A program made the position numbers and the translations under genes. From assembly GCA_023247705.1 (NCBI GenBank), contig JAHFFY010000003.1, positions 14,067 through 78,066 on the forward strand: a stretch of 64,000 nt of DNA, in the 5' to 3' direction. The first letter of the stretch is position 1. Each line of letters begins with the position of its first letter. Shown here piece by piece: positions 9,572-19,230 of this stretch. The notes under the pieces were generated by a model. The model was not told the origin of the DNA, made no database searches, and saw only the letters and a program-made list of their open reading frames with translations. This DNA comes from Candidatus Omnitrophota bacterium. Its GTDB lineage: Bacteria; Omnitrophota; Gorgyraeia; Zapsychrales; JAHFFX01.

Positions 9572-9754
9572 CTAATACTTTGTCAATTTTATTTTTATTG
9601 AGCTTTTCCTTTTCAACTCTAAATCTCTCGCTTCCGACATCGATGATGGCGAGAGATTTAGAGTTTCGTTTAATAGAAAGAAGCTCAATAATAGTTGATT
9701 TCCTTCAAAGTATAGAGGGATCAACTATGAAAAACGGGTTTGACAAAGTGCTAA
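9572..9754. repeat. MITE-like palindromic repeat, family 1, copy 1 (expanded/composite, ~183 bp, inverted relative to other copies)
   Basis: Terminal sequences CTAATACTTTGTCAA … TTGACAAAGTGCTAA match the other three copies. The interior carries an extra inverted repeat, CAACTCTAAATCTCTCGC…GCGAGAGATTTAGAGTT. Intergenic between the Zn-ribbon membrane gene and the PepSY-like gene. Confidence 0.8.
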
Positions 9755-9759
9755 CGCGC

Positions 9760-10140
9760 TTAGCGCGCCGCCCAAAGTAATAATACGGGAATGAGACTCC
9801 CCAACAACAAACAACCCCAGACAATCCACGGCTGGGTAAATTTAAACGCCATCAGGACGCCCAGCATCGTTGTCACCAGGACACCGAACGACATCAGGAC
9901 TACAAAATATCTAAACGTCGGCGATGGCTTCGTCTTGGCTGTTTCCGATAGAATCTGCTGATGAAGGTGGATTCCCGACAACACGCGCACAATGCGCGGC
10001 GGTTGATATCCTTGACTCGATTTGCGCAGCTGATGCAGATCGTACATCTGCCAGCAGCCGGTCACAATAAAAAAAATCAATAACGGTGCGAAAAAACAAC
10101 CCAGATAAAGATGAACCGATCGCATCACTTTAATATTCAT
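9760..10140 (-). CDS. small integral membrane protein (PepSY-TM-like, hypothetical)
   Basis: 126 aa with 3-4 predicted TM helices. No catalytic motif. Confidence 0.5.
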   Translation of the reverse strand: MNIKVMRSVHLYLGCFFAPLLIFFIVTGCWQMYDLHQLRKSSQGYQPPRIVRVLSGIHLHQQILSETAKTKPSPTFRYFVVLMSFGVLVTTMLGVLMAFKFTQPWIVWGCLLLGSLIPVLLLWAAR

Positions 10141-10182
10141 GGTCTTTCTCCTCGGATAATTCTTCTCATCCCATCAATCTCA

Positions 10183-11919
10183 TCAATTTTCTATTTGAAA
10201 CATCGATTTTGGCAACTCATAGCGCCGGATCAATGTCGCGTTCTTTGCGTTACGTTTGACAAAGATGATGGTAAATTGATCGACAAAAACCGGCGCCCAG
10301 GAAGGATCCTGAATCCGTTTGAACAAAAACGGCTGGGCCCAGGGGGTTATATCGCGACGGAAAAAATAGATCGCGTTAAACTGGTACGCCTCTTCCATCC
10401 TCTTCCAGGTGTCCTCATTCTCCTGCATCGGCACATAAATATCTTTGAAGAAAGAAACACTGTAGGCCTCCGGCCGGTTGTCGACAAAGACGTGTTCCTT
10501 CGGGAAAAGATGGTAAATCAGATATCCACCGATGTCGTAATTATTAAAGATCGGCCCATCGATCTTGTTCTGCTGAAAGAATTCCGCCGAGGCGTTCACA
10601 CCCGGGATCAGTCCTAATATCTTTTGGGGATTTTGGAAAATATACATCAGCCAATTGGCGGATTGCCTGATCTCCGGGATATTCTGACCATAATACAATT
10701 TCACGTAAGGTGAATAATAGAACGTCGTGGATTGAAGCCCAAGAAAAAGGAGCACAACCGACGCCGATAGGAACACCCGACCCACCGCCTTTTTTATTTT
10801 TTTCTCCTTCTGGAGCTTTTCTTTATTCTTCAATAAACAATCCGTCAGCCCCACCTGGATGTTGGAGGCGATACAGGGGACAGCGAACAGACCAAACAAA
10901 GGAATCATACGGATCGCTTTAAACGCCAGAAGCGAAAAGATCCCCATCAAAACCAGCGACAAAAGATTATTTTTGATCTCTTTTCTTAAAAAAACCGGAA
11001 CGAAACTGGCCGCGGTCAAAAGAAAGACCGCTTCGAAATGCGCATACATCGGATGATCCGGGAATCGCCGCTGCATAAAAAAAACCGATTGGTTTTCGGC
11101 CAGCATGTACCCATACTCTTTGAAAATCAGAAACGGCACCAGGACTCCCTTAAAACCAAAAGGATTAAGGAAACAAACCAAGATACTAATGCTGAGTAAT
11201 ATAAAATATTGCCTGGCCTCCGGAGAGGAACCGATGAGAAAATCGAGATCAGGAAATTTTTCACCCCCCTTATTTTCATGAATTGAATTTCTCCTGGCCC
11301 AAGCAAAGCCCGACCACCAGGCATCGGCCCAGAAAACCCCGAGGATAAAAAGGCCGAAGATAAAGAAGATATGGATGTTCACCCACAATATCTGCAAAAC
11401 CGGAATGATCCACAACAGCCAAGCCGGGATTTCTTTAAGTTTGAATTTATAAAGAAGAAAAAAATAAATACTTAAAAAGAGATAGCTAAAGCCTTCCGGC
11501 CGGATCTCTAAGCGCGACGTGATGAGAGGAACGACCAGAAGCGTACAAAAAACCGCGTAATGGAAATTGGATAACCGCCGGCTGATCATAAAAAAGAAAT
11601 AAAAGGTTAAAAGAAAAAGGATCGTATAAAAAACCGACACCCCGACAAAGCCGAACCACTGCACGATCAAAAAAAAGATTACGCCCGTCAGCCAGTGATG
11701 ATTGACAGTCGGAAAATTCGGTTCGGTATAGGAATAATAATTCGTGGCGATCGGATGGTGTTCTTCAAAAAAAATCTGGCCATTCTTCAGATGGCGTCCT
11801 AGATCAGAGGTCATGAGATTGATTCTTTGCGAGTAAGATAACGCGAGGAACAATAGCAGGACAAGAAAGACAATCGATTTTCCAAAATAACCGAAAACCG
11901 ATTCGAGGGATTTATTCAT
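10183..11919 (-). CDS. large polytopic membrane protein with C-terminal periplasmic domain (GT-C-like glycosyltransferase candidate)
   Basis: 578 aa. About 12 TM helices are followed by a soluble domain (…YDIGGYLIYHLFPKEHVFVDNRPEAYS…). The architecture resembles GT-C enzymes but there is no firm family assignment. Confidence 0.6.
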   Translation of the reverse strand: MNKSLESVFGYFGKSIVFLVLLLFLALSYSQRINLMTSDLGRHLKNGQIFFEEHHPIATNYYSYTEPNFPTVNHHWLTGVIFFLIVQWFGFVGVSVFYTILFLLTFYFFFMISRRLSNFHYAVFCTLLVVPLITSRLEIRPEGFSYLFLSIYFFLLYKFKLKEIPAWLLWIIPVLQILWVNIHIFFIFGLFILGVFWADAWWSGFAWARRNSIHENKGGEKFPDLDFLIGSSPEARQYFILLSISILVCFLNPFGFKGVLVPFLIFKEYGYMLAENQSVFFMQRRFPDHPMYAHFEAVFLLTAASFVPVFLRKEIKNNLLSLVLMGIFSLLAFKAIRMIPLFGLFAVPCIASNIQVGLTDCLLKNKEKLQKEKKIKKAVGRVFLSASVVLLFLGLQSTTFYYSPYVKLYYGQNIPEIRQSANWLMYIFQNPQKILGLIPGVNASAEFFQQNKIDGPIFNNYDIGGYLIYHLFPKEHVFVDNRPEAYSVSFFKDIYVPMQENEDTWKRMEEAYQFNAIYFFRRDITPWAQPFLFKRIQDPSWAPVFVDQFTIIFVKRNAKNATLIRRYELPKSMFQIEN

Positions 11920-11961
11920 GCGTATAGGTTTGGGATATTTTTCTTTTCGTTAAAAATAGAA

Positions 11962-14220
11962 TCAGCGCTGATCACGCGGCCCGATGATATCGGCAATTTC
12001 CTTGATCTTGGGTTTGGTCAGCAAAAACTCGACATTCTTTTTGGCCAGCCGCACATCGGTTCCCACAATAAGCCTCTGGACTTTCGGAATATGATGAACA
12101 TCGACACTGAAGCGCCTGACCCCGATCCCTAAAAGAAACGCGATATATTTTTCATCATGAGCCATATCCCCGCAGATTGACACTTCCTTTTTAAAAGTGA
12201 TCGCGGCATCGACGATCCTTTTCAATCCCCGCAAAATCGAGGGATGATACGGCAGATACAAATCTGCCACTTTTTCGTTAGTACGGTCGACGGCCAGCAT
12301 GTACTGAATAAAATCATTGGTCCCGATCGAAAAGAAATCAGCGGCCTGGGCCAGATCTTCAATGATCTCCAGGACAGACGGCAATTCGATCATCAGCCCG
12401 ATCTGGGCAGACGCATGATAAGGGATCTTGTCCTTGCTAAGCGAGAACATGGATTCCCGGACGATCTCCTTGGCTTCCAGGAATTCATCCAGCGAGGAGA
12501 TCATCGGGAACATGATCTTCAAATCCGCCTGATGACCGGCCCGCAAAATGGCCCGCAGCTGCTGGGAAAAGATATCTTTATGTTTGAGAGAAAACCGGAT
12601 CGAACGCATCCCAAGAAAAGGATTTTCTTCCTTGCCGTGATAGTAATACGACAAAACCTTATCGCCACCAATATCCAGCGTGCGAAATGTGATCTCATGC
12701 CCGGACATGCTATCGACAAGCTTTTTATAAATAACAAACTGTTCTTCCTCGGTTGGAAAATCACTGCGGACGATAAAGGGGAACTCCGTGCGGTAAAGCC
12801 CGATCCCCTCGGCCTTCAATTCCCGCGCGGCCTTGACGTCGCCCAGCAGATTGATGTTCGCCAGCACATAGGCCCTGGCCCCGTCCTGGGTATGCGTTGT
12901 GGGCATGACGCTGTCTTTGATACTGCTTAAATTTTTCCGGGTATCTTCCCTCTGCCGGAACGTGTCGCTCACATCGGGGGTGGGATTGATATAGATATTC
13001 CCTTGTTCGGCGTCTAAAAGGATTTTTGTCGCCGGCGGGAGATCCAGGAGTTGCGGCGTGTCGGTGATGACCATAGGGATGTTCAGGGACCGGGATAATA
13101 TCGAAAGATGCGATGACGTCCCTCCGCTCAAAAGAATGATCCCGGCGACTTTCTGCGATGACAGCTTAAGCGCGTCCGATGGAAACAATTCCTCGGCGAT
13201 CACAATCCGGCCTTCATAATCATTGCCTTTCTCTCCGTGCCCAATCAGATTCTGCAAAAGACGATTGCCGATATCTTTCACATCCTGGCTCTTCTCTTTC
13301 AGATAGGCGTTGGGGATCAACTGAAACATCAGGACATATTTGTGGACGACTTCCAGAATAGCCTGCGGCGGATTGACGCCGCTTTGAATCAGATCAACAA
13401 TCGCGTCGACGAACACCTTGTCTTTGAGCATCAGAATCTGGGCGGTAAAAATCAGCGAGGCCACATCGAATAACCGGTCTTCGATTTCCTTTTGGAACAA
13501 CTCCAGCTGTTTTTCCGTGGCCTGGATCGCCTGCTGGAAATCACTCAAACTGTACTGCGTCTGCAGCTGCTGCAAAGAAAGCGCGCTCAGGCTATCCGTC
13601 TTAACGATGACCGCTTCCGCGAACGCAAATCCAGAGGCGCCCACGCGCCCCTGAACAAGTTTTAATTCCCGCGGCTTCAAAACGATTCTTTGCTTCGCAG
13701 CGGTTTCGTTGAAGCTCATCAATAATTTTGTGGTTTCGATCGTATTGGCCAGCTGGGAGGTGATCGCACGCAGGACTTTGATGTCCTCTTCTTCAAAGCA
13801 ATTCCGTTTCGAATTCTGGACGACCATGACGCCGATTCTGGTGCGTCCGCGGACAATCGGGACCGCGAGAAAAGATTCAAACTGCTCTTCACCGATCCCA
13901 GGAAAATATTTAAAATTCGGATTGTTTCTGGCGTTGCCTTCGCAGATGGGGCGGATCTCTTTTAACGCCAATCCGCTCAATCCCTCCCCCAGGCGCATCT
14001 TGACGTTTCCGATGGATTCCGGATTGAGCCCTTTGGTCGCTTTCAGGACCAGTTCATCCGTCCACTCGTAATAAAGGTAAATCGAGCACACCTCGGAGTT
14101 CATATGCTCGGAAATCATGAAAACGATGTTCTGCAGAAAATTATCGAGCCCGACCGAATCGATGAACAGATCACTCAGCTCTCCGATATCACAAATCAAT
14201 TTTGTATGATCACGTTTCAT
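11962..14220 (-). CDS. ptsP: phosphoenolpyruvate-protein phosphotransferase with N-terminal GAF domain (EI-Ntr, PtsP)
   Basis: 752 aa. N-terminal GAF (…CSIYLYYEWTDELVLKATKGL…). PEP-utilizer phospho-His region GGTSSHLSILSRSLNIPMV. C-terminal PEP-utilizing TIM-barrel motifs (GIGLYRTEFPFI, …SIGTNDFIQY…). Confidence 0.85.
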   Translation of the reverse strand: MKRDHTKLICDIGELSDLFIDSVGLDNFLQNIVFMISEHMNSEVCSIYLYYEWTDELVLKATKGLNPESIGNVKMRLGEGLSGLALKEIRPICEGNARNNPNFKYFPGIGEEQFESFLAVPIVRGRTRIGVMVVQNSKRNCFEEEDIKVLRAITSQLANTIETTKLLMSFNETAAKQRIVLKPRELKLVQGRVGASGFAFAEAVIVKTDSLSALSLQQLQTQYSLSDFQQAIQATEKQLELFQKEIEDRLFDVASLIFTAQILMLKDKVFVDAIVDLIQSGVNPPQAILEVVHKYVLMFQLIPNAYLKEKSQDVKDIGNRLLQNLIGHGEKGNDYEGRIVIAEELFPSDALKLSSQKVAGIILLSGGTSSHLSILSRSLNIPMVITDTPQLLDLPPATKILLDAEQGNIYINPTPDVSDTFRQREDTRKNLSSIKDSVMPTTHTQDGARAYVLANINLLGDVKAARELKAEGIGLYRTEFPFIVRSDFPTEEEQFVIYKKLVDSMSGHEITFRTLDIGGDKVLSYYYHGKEENPFLGMRSIRFSLKHKDIFSQQLRAILRAGHQADLKIMFPMISSLDEFLEAKEIVRESMFSLSKDKIPYHASAQIGLMIELPSVLEIIEDLAQAADFFSIGTNDFIQYMLAVDRTNEKVADLYLPYHPSILRGLKRIVDAAITFKKEVSICGDMAHDEKYIAFLLGIGVRRFSVDVHHIPKVQRLIVGTDVRLAKKNVEFLLTKPKIKEIADIIGPRDQR

Positions 14221-15623
14221 CGTTCCCCATCGGTGGCAAACACTTTGGTTGTAAACTGAACCGGCCCGTCCTCGATCGCATCAAACTGCAATACGACTTC
14301 GAGAAGTTCGTCGGGATTAAAAAAGCCCAAACGCCCGGAGGGCAGCGGGACATTCAGAAAATTAAGTCCGTTGGGTGTGAGCCGGCACGTCAGCCCATCG
14401 GCGTTGGACAGTTTTACATGATTGACGAAGTCAACTAGGAGCGAAATCGGCCCCGGGATCCGCTCGGAAGAAATATTTTTCAAGGTAACCGTCTGCTCGA
14501 ACAAACCCGTTGTTTGATTGAATCGAACACCCCCCCATGGTTTGACCTCGATTTTTTCCGACACATCCAAAGCCAGTTTCGTCCCTAACAAATCCAAGGC
14601 GCATCCCCACCCTTGAAAAAATTTTCCCGCGTCTTTATTCTCTTCGAAAGTTTTGCGCAGAAGGACAAACAAATCTTTGGTCTGACGGCGGTTCAGGATC
14701 GTTTCAAGAAACTGATCGGTGTCGTCGCCTTCATTCAGGATCGAAAACGATAAATACGGGGGATCAAAAGCATTTTGGCTGACCAGATACGGAAAAGATT
14801 CCAATTCGGTCAGCAATGATTTGATCTGTTGCGTCGAAACCGCCAGGGACCGGACCGGGATATTGTCATTCCCGTAAAATATTCCGGAGCGCCGGTACGG
14901 AAAAAATTTATTGGCATCCGCGCTATTGTCCGGTGTTGTAAAAATCGTCGTCCGGATCATCTTGTCCTGCTCGCCCAAATAGGTCAATTTGATTTGAGCG
15001 AATTGCAGCTGATCCGGCCTCATGCTGACCAGCCGCTGAAATGTCGGGGATAAATCCGCCACATCTCTCAAGGGATCGTCGAGAAACATAAAAGTTTTGA
15101 TCATCGACAAAAAAGTCGCATAATCCAATTCATCCTGATTGAAATTGCGCATGACGAACAAATAGACAAAGCCGTCTTTCTCCACAAAGATGTTGCTGAC
15201 AAACGTTCCGCTACGGGTGATGACATCTAAGCGGGAGGTCGCGGTCCCGTCTTTAATCGCCGGGCTGTAGGGCTCTTCATCGGTCGTCAAACGTTCAAAT
15301 CCCAGGAAAGAATCTTCCTTGAGTTTCAAAAAACGGTCGAGTTGATTCGTGACATAAATTTCCACCTTGCAGGACATTCCTTGGCGCAACCGGGAGGCGA
15401 AACACACATCGGTTCTGGATCTGAATTCCCCCTGTTTATAGGTCGTAGCCTGGTTCACCAACGGTTCCCAATCCAGAGGGGACTGGATGGAAAACCCGCC
15501 GGTTTGATTCTGATAGGTGTCCCATTTGGTCATATCCACGGAGACCGCGAACGCCGATGGGATACCGAAAAAGACAGTGATGAAAAGAAAACACCAGACA
15601 AAAAATCTCTTTAACGATTTCAT
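14217..15623 (-). CDS. secreted hypothetical protein (signal peptide), translationally coupled to ptsP
   Basis: 468 aa. N-terminal signal peptide MKSLKRFFVWCFLFITVFFGIPSAFA. Its stop overlaps the ptsP start (ATGA). No recognisable domain. Confidence 0.65.
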   Translation of the reverse strand: MKSLKRFFVWCFLFITVFFGIPSAFAVSVDMTKWDTYQNQTGGFSIQSPLDWEPLVNQATTYKQGEFRSRTDVCFASRLRQGMSCKVEIYVTNQLDRFLKLKEDSFLGFERLTTDEEPYSPAIKDGTATSRLDVITRSGTFVSNIFVEKDGFVYLFVMRNFNQDELDYATFLSMIKTFMFLDDPLRDVADLSPTFQRLVSMRPDQLQFAQIKLTYLGEQDKMIRTTIFTTPDNSADANKFFPYRRSGIFYGNDNIPVRSLAVSTQQIKSLLTELESFPYLVSQNAFDPPYLSFSILNEGDDTDQFLETILNRRQTKDLFVLLRKTFEENKDAGKFFQGWGCALDLLGTKLALDVSEKIEVKPWGGVRFNQTTGLFEQTVTLKNISSERIPGPISLLVDFVNHVKLSNADGLTCRLTPNGLNFLNVPLPSGRLGFFNPDELLEVVLQFDAIEDGPVQFTTKVFATDGER

Positions 15624-15694
15624 AGCTCAGGCCTCTCCCCTCATAAGATTGGACCGAATAATCAAGACAGTTATTATTGAATTTTTTTTCCAAA

Positions 15695-15769
15695 TCGGGG
15701 AGGAGGGATTCGAACCCTCGACCTTCTGCTCCCAAAGCAGACGCGCTAGCCAAGCTGCGCTACTCCCCG
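15695..15769 (-). tRNA. tRNA-Pro (anticodon TGG)
   Basis: Reverse complement CGGGGAGTAGCGCAGCTTGGCTAGCGCGTCTGCTTTGGGAGCAGAAGGTCGAGGGTTCGAATCCCTCCTCCCCGA. Anticodon loop TTTGGGA. Confidence 0.9.
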
Positions 15770-16017
15770 TTGAAACCAAAGGAAATTCTTGTCTATCTGA
15801 AAACCATCATTAAACTCAAGGCGGGAAAATTTTTGCGACCGCAAAATCTGATTTAAAGCGGGTGTAGTATATCATTAACCCCTATGGGTTGCAACAAATT
15901 GCTCCGGTTAGACTTGATGAATATTTTTTATAATAAAAATGTCTTAAAGATTTAAATAAAATCAATATTAGAGGAATCCTTGATTGAAGATCTTGAAGAT
16001 TCCGATATAATAAACGC

Positions 16018-19000
16018 ATGAAAAAAAAGATGGCCTTTCTGATCTTCACTGTATTCCTTTTGGGGGTGAGTGGGATTGTCTATCTCCAAAACTTCTTTTT
16101 TCCGGTAAAAGTCCGGGAGATCCTGATCCAGAAGGCGGAAGCCCTTTTACACCGCACCGTCAGATTTGATGCCATCCAGTTTCATCCGATTAAAGGGTTT
16201 ATCATCTCCAACCTCAACATCACCGAAAAAGACGATCCGGCCCGGGAACGGTTTGTTCATATCGATCAGGTTTCCTTCAATGTCCTTTATCTTCCTTTCT
16301 TTAAAGAACACAAAATCATTGTCCCTCATCTTGACATACAAAACGCCTCGGTTGAGTTAACGCGTCTGGCGGACGGTCAATGGAATTTCGCAGACCTTTT
16401 GACCAAAGATAAAGGGAAATCAACGCAACAGTCTGCGTCAAATTTTCTTTTGGCCGGATTATCCGTCAGCGATCTGGAGATCACGGTACTGGATAAAACG
16501 CTGAATCCGCCTTTTCTGAAAACTTTTGAACAAACCAACGTCAATGTCAGCTGTTCTGCGAACCAAGAATGCCGGTTTGCGCTTAACACCAAAATCCCCA
16601 ACGACAACGGCTCATTAACCCTGCAGGGGTCAGCAAACCTCTCCGGAAAAAATATCCGCGCCGATCTTGATCTTGCCCATATTCAGTTTGTCCCTTATCT
16701 TTCGTCGTTCTTTCCCAAGACCAAGGTTCAGATTATCGATGGCCAGGTCAAAATGGCGCAACTCAACATTCAAAAAATAGATCGCCAAATCAGAATCAAA
16801 GCCAAGGCCGAGCTCTCCGATGCCGCGGTGAATATCTATCCCAATAAAATGATCAAAGGGTCCTTACAGATTCCTAACGCGCAAATGACTATCGAACCCG
16901 GCAAATCGTTTGATTTTCAAAGTTCGCTGGCGTTCAACGACGCCAAGATGCAGATGAACGCCCGCAACACGATCAGCGGCGATCTTAAGACCCCGGCATT
17001 GTCCTGGCACTGGGCCGGCGGCGAAACAACGATCCAGAGTTCGTTGAATCTTAATCAAGCGGTCTTAACCATCGGGTCCAATAAAATATTTTCCGGACAA
17101 GCCGCCTTAAAAGACGGCGCGTTTAACTGGAAAGACGGCAAGGCCACGATCGCCGGACAACTGACCGTGAACGATTTTCTTTTCCGCTGGGCCGACGATA
17201 AAAAGCTTCAGGGACAACTGAATGTGACTCCCACCGAACTTTCGATCGCAAACGATCGGTTGAATCTGAAAGGACCCGTCGAACTTCTCGAAGGCGAGTT
17301 GACGTTGGCTCCGGAAAAAATCATCAAAGGACATTTGATGACAGCTCGGACTTCTTTAATCACAGGAGACATGCAGATGGATCTTGTGACCGATTTTAAG
17401 CTCAATGACGCGGATATCACCTGGCCGACGCAAAAAAAACTAACCGGAGCGATCGACAGCCCCAAGACCGCTCTTAAAGTTGTCGATAATCAATTAAATC
17501 TAACAACGGACTTTTCGGTGAATAAAGCCAATCTGGCTTTCGAACGGAATCGAAACGCGGCGGGCGATCCGCAGATGAATTTACAACTCCAATATGTCTT
17601 CGGCAATCCCGATTCGTTAGTTTATCAAGGAACGCTCCAGCCCCATCTTGCTCTCTTGGCCGGGATGCCCAGGGTCAATGAAGTCAAAAATGTCTCCGGT
17701 CAGATCCATTTTAAAAACAATGAATTGGCCAGCGATGGATTAACCATGGATATTCAAGACACCCCCGTGCGACTGACAGGAACCTTGTCCGATTTTAAAG
17801 AACCGTTTCTTGATATCCAAGCTTCCAGCGACAAGGTGGAAATCGAAAAGATCGTCCCATTTCTTCCCGAAAAATTATTCGATCAATTGAAAGCCAAACC
17901 AAGCGGACAGACGACCATAAGCATCAGTTTTAAGGGAAAACCCTCTTCAGTGCAGGAAGCGGACTTCACGCTGACCTCTCAACTGCAAAAAGCCAAGGTG
18001 GCACTGGAAGCCGTTGCGGATCCGTTCACGGATCTCGAGGGAACAATCCGGTACTCGCGCAAATCAATTTCCTGGAAAGACCTCAAAGGTCAATTCAAAA
18101 ACATCGACTTTCTGGCCAGCGGTCAACTGGATGATTTCGCGCGCCCGCAGATCACAACAACCTTCCGTTCCAAAACGCTGGGGATGGATCTTACGAGCCA
18201 GTTAAATTTCCTCACACCCGGGCTCATGAAGATCGAATCGCTCGCCGGAAAATACCAGCATTCTGATTTCGATTTGACCGGCGACGTCTTTTTTTCGGAA
18301 AAGCAAAAACCCGATGTCGAACTCAAAGGAAACGCCAGATTCAATCTCCAGGATTTATCCATTTTACTACCCCAAGCCAAAGACCGTCTGGAAAAATTGG
18401 CCCCTAAAGGATCGGTCCAATGGGAAGGATCGATTAAAGGAAACTCACTTAATTGGATGGATTGGTTGATCTCATCCTCGGTCATGAGTCCGGAAATCAC
18501 TTTATCCGGATACAAGATCAATGATCTGGCCGTCAAAAGCCATCAGGCCAATCAGCAAATCGACACCTTCAATCTAACCGCTCATGTTTACAACGGAGAC
18601 TTAAATCTCTACGCCACCGCAGATTTATTCAAAGAATTCATGCCTTATCAGCTGGAAATTCAAATCAAAAAGGTCGATCTCGAAAAATTAAAAACCGATA
18701 CGATCTGGAAAGATAAAATTGTTTCCGGCTCGCTTTCCAGTGTTGCCCGTCTCAACGGCGCGTTAAAGGACCCTCAACGGCTGGAAGGCCAGGGATCGAT
18801 CCTGATCAACGACGGCAATATCTGGCAGTTAAATTTATTTACCGGACTGGGCAAGCTTCTTTTGATCCCCGAGTATGAAGACATTATTTTCAATGAGGCC
18901 AGCCTGGATTATCTGGTCAAAGACGGAAGGATCACCACCGAAAATCTGATTTTAAAAAGCGAGCCGATGATTTTGAAAGGCAAAGGATGGATGAATTTCG

Positions 19001-19230
19001 CAGGAGAGATGGATTTTAACGTCGTTTCGGAATTTAATATCAACACCATCACTCACTCCGAGTCGATCAAGAAAACAATCACCGCCTTGATTGCCCAGAG
19101 CGGCCCCTATCTTAATATCAAAGTGTCCGGGTCGCTCAAGGCCCCGAAGTACGCACTCTACCCTTCTGCCACCCATATGATTAACACGACGAAAAATCTT
19201 TTGCTGGAAGGTTTGAAAAATATTTTTTGA
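16018..19230 (+). CDS. AsmA-family outer-membrane biogenesis protein (large)
   Basis: 1070 aa. N-terminal TM anchor followed by an AsmA-like N-domain (…ILIQKAEALLHRTVRFDAIQFHPIKGFIISNLNI…). Long beta-rich body and an AsmA_2-like C-terminus. Confidence 0.75.
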   Translation: MKKKMAFLIFTVFLLGVSGIVYLQNFFFPVKVREILIQKAEALLHRTVRFDAIQFHPIKGFIISNLNITEKDDPARERFVHIDQVSFNVLYLPFFKEHKIIVPHLDIQNASVELTRLADGQWNFADLLTKDKGKSTQQSASNFLLAGLSVSDLEITVLDKTLNPPFLKTFEQTNVNVSCSANQECRFALNTKIPNDNGSLTLQGSANLSGKNIRADLDLAHIQFVPYLSSFFPKTKVQIIDGQVKMAQLNIQKIDRQIRIKAKAELSDAAVNIYPNKMIKGSLQIPNAQMTIEPGKSFDFQSSLAFNDAKMQMNARNTISGDLKTPALSWHWAGGETTIQSSLNLNQAVLTIGSNKIFSGQAALKDGAFNWKDGKATIAGQLTVNDFLFRWADDKKLQGQLNVTPTELSIANDRLNLKGPVELLEGELTLAPEKIIKGHLMTARTSLITGDMQMDLVTDFKLNDADITWPTQKKLTGAIDSPKTALKVVDNQLNLTTDFSVNKANLAFERNRNAAGDPQMNLQLQYVFGNPDSLVYQGTLQPHLALLAGMPRVNEVKNVSGQIHFKNNELASDGLTMDIQDTPVRLTGTLSDFKEPFLDIQASSDKVEIEKIVPFLPEKLFDQLKAKPSGQTTISISFKGKPSSVQEADFTLTSQLQKAKVALEAVADPFTDLEGTIRYSRKSISWKDLKGQFKNIDFLASGQLDDFARPQITTTFRSKTLGMDLTSQLNFLTPGLMKIESLAGKYQHSDFDLTGDVFFSEKQKPDVELKGNARFNLQDLSILLPQAKDRLEKLAPKGSVQWEGSIKGNSLNWMDWLISSSVMSPEITLSGYKINDLAVKSHQANQQIDTFNLTAHVYNGDLNLYATADLFKEFMPYQLEIQIKKVDLEKLKTDTIWKDKIVSGSLSSVARLNGALKDPQRLEGQGSILINDGNIWQLNLFTGLGKLLLIPEYEDIIFNEASLDYLVKDGRITTENLILKSEPMILKGKGWMNFAGEMDFNVVSEFNINTITHSESIKKTITALIAQSGPYLNIKVSGSLKAPKYALYPSATHMINTTKNLLLEGLKNIF

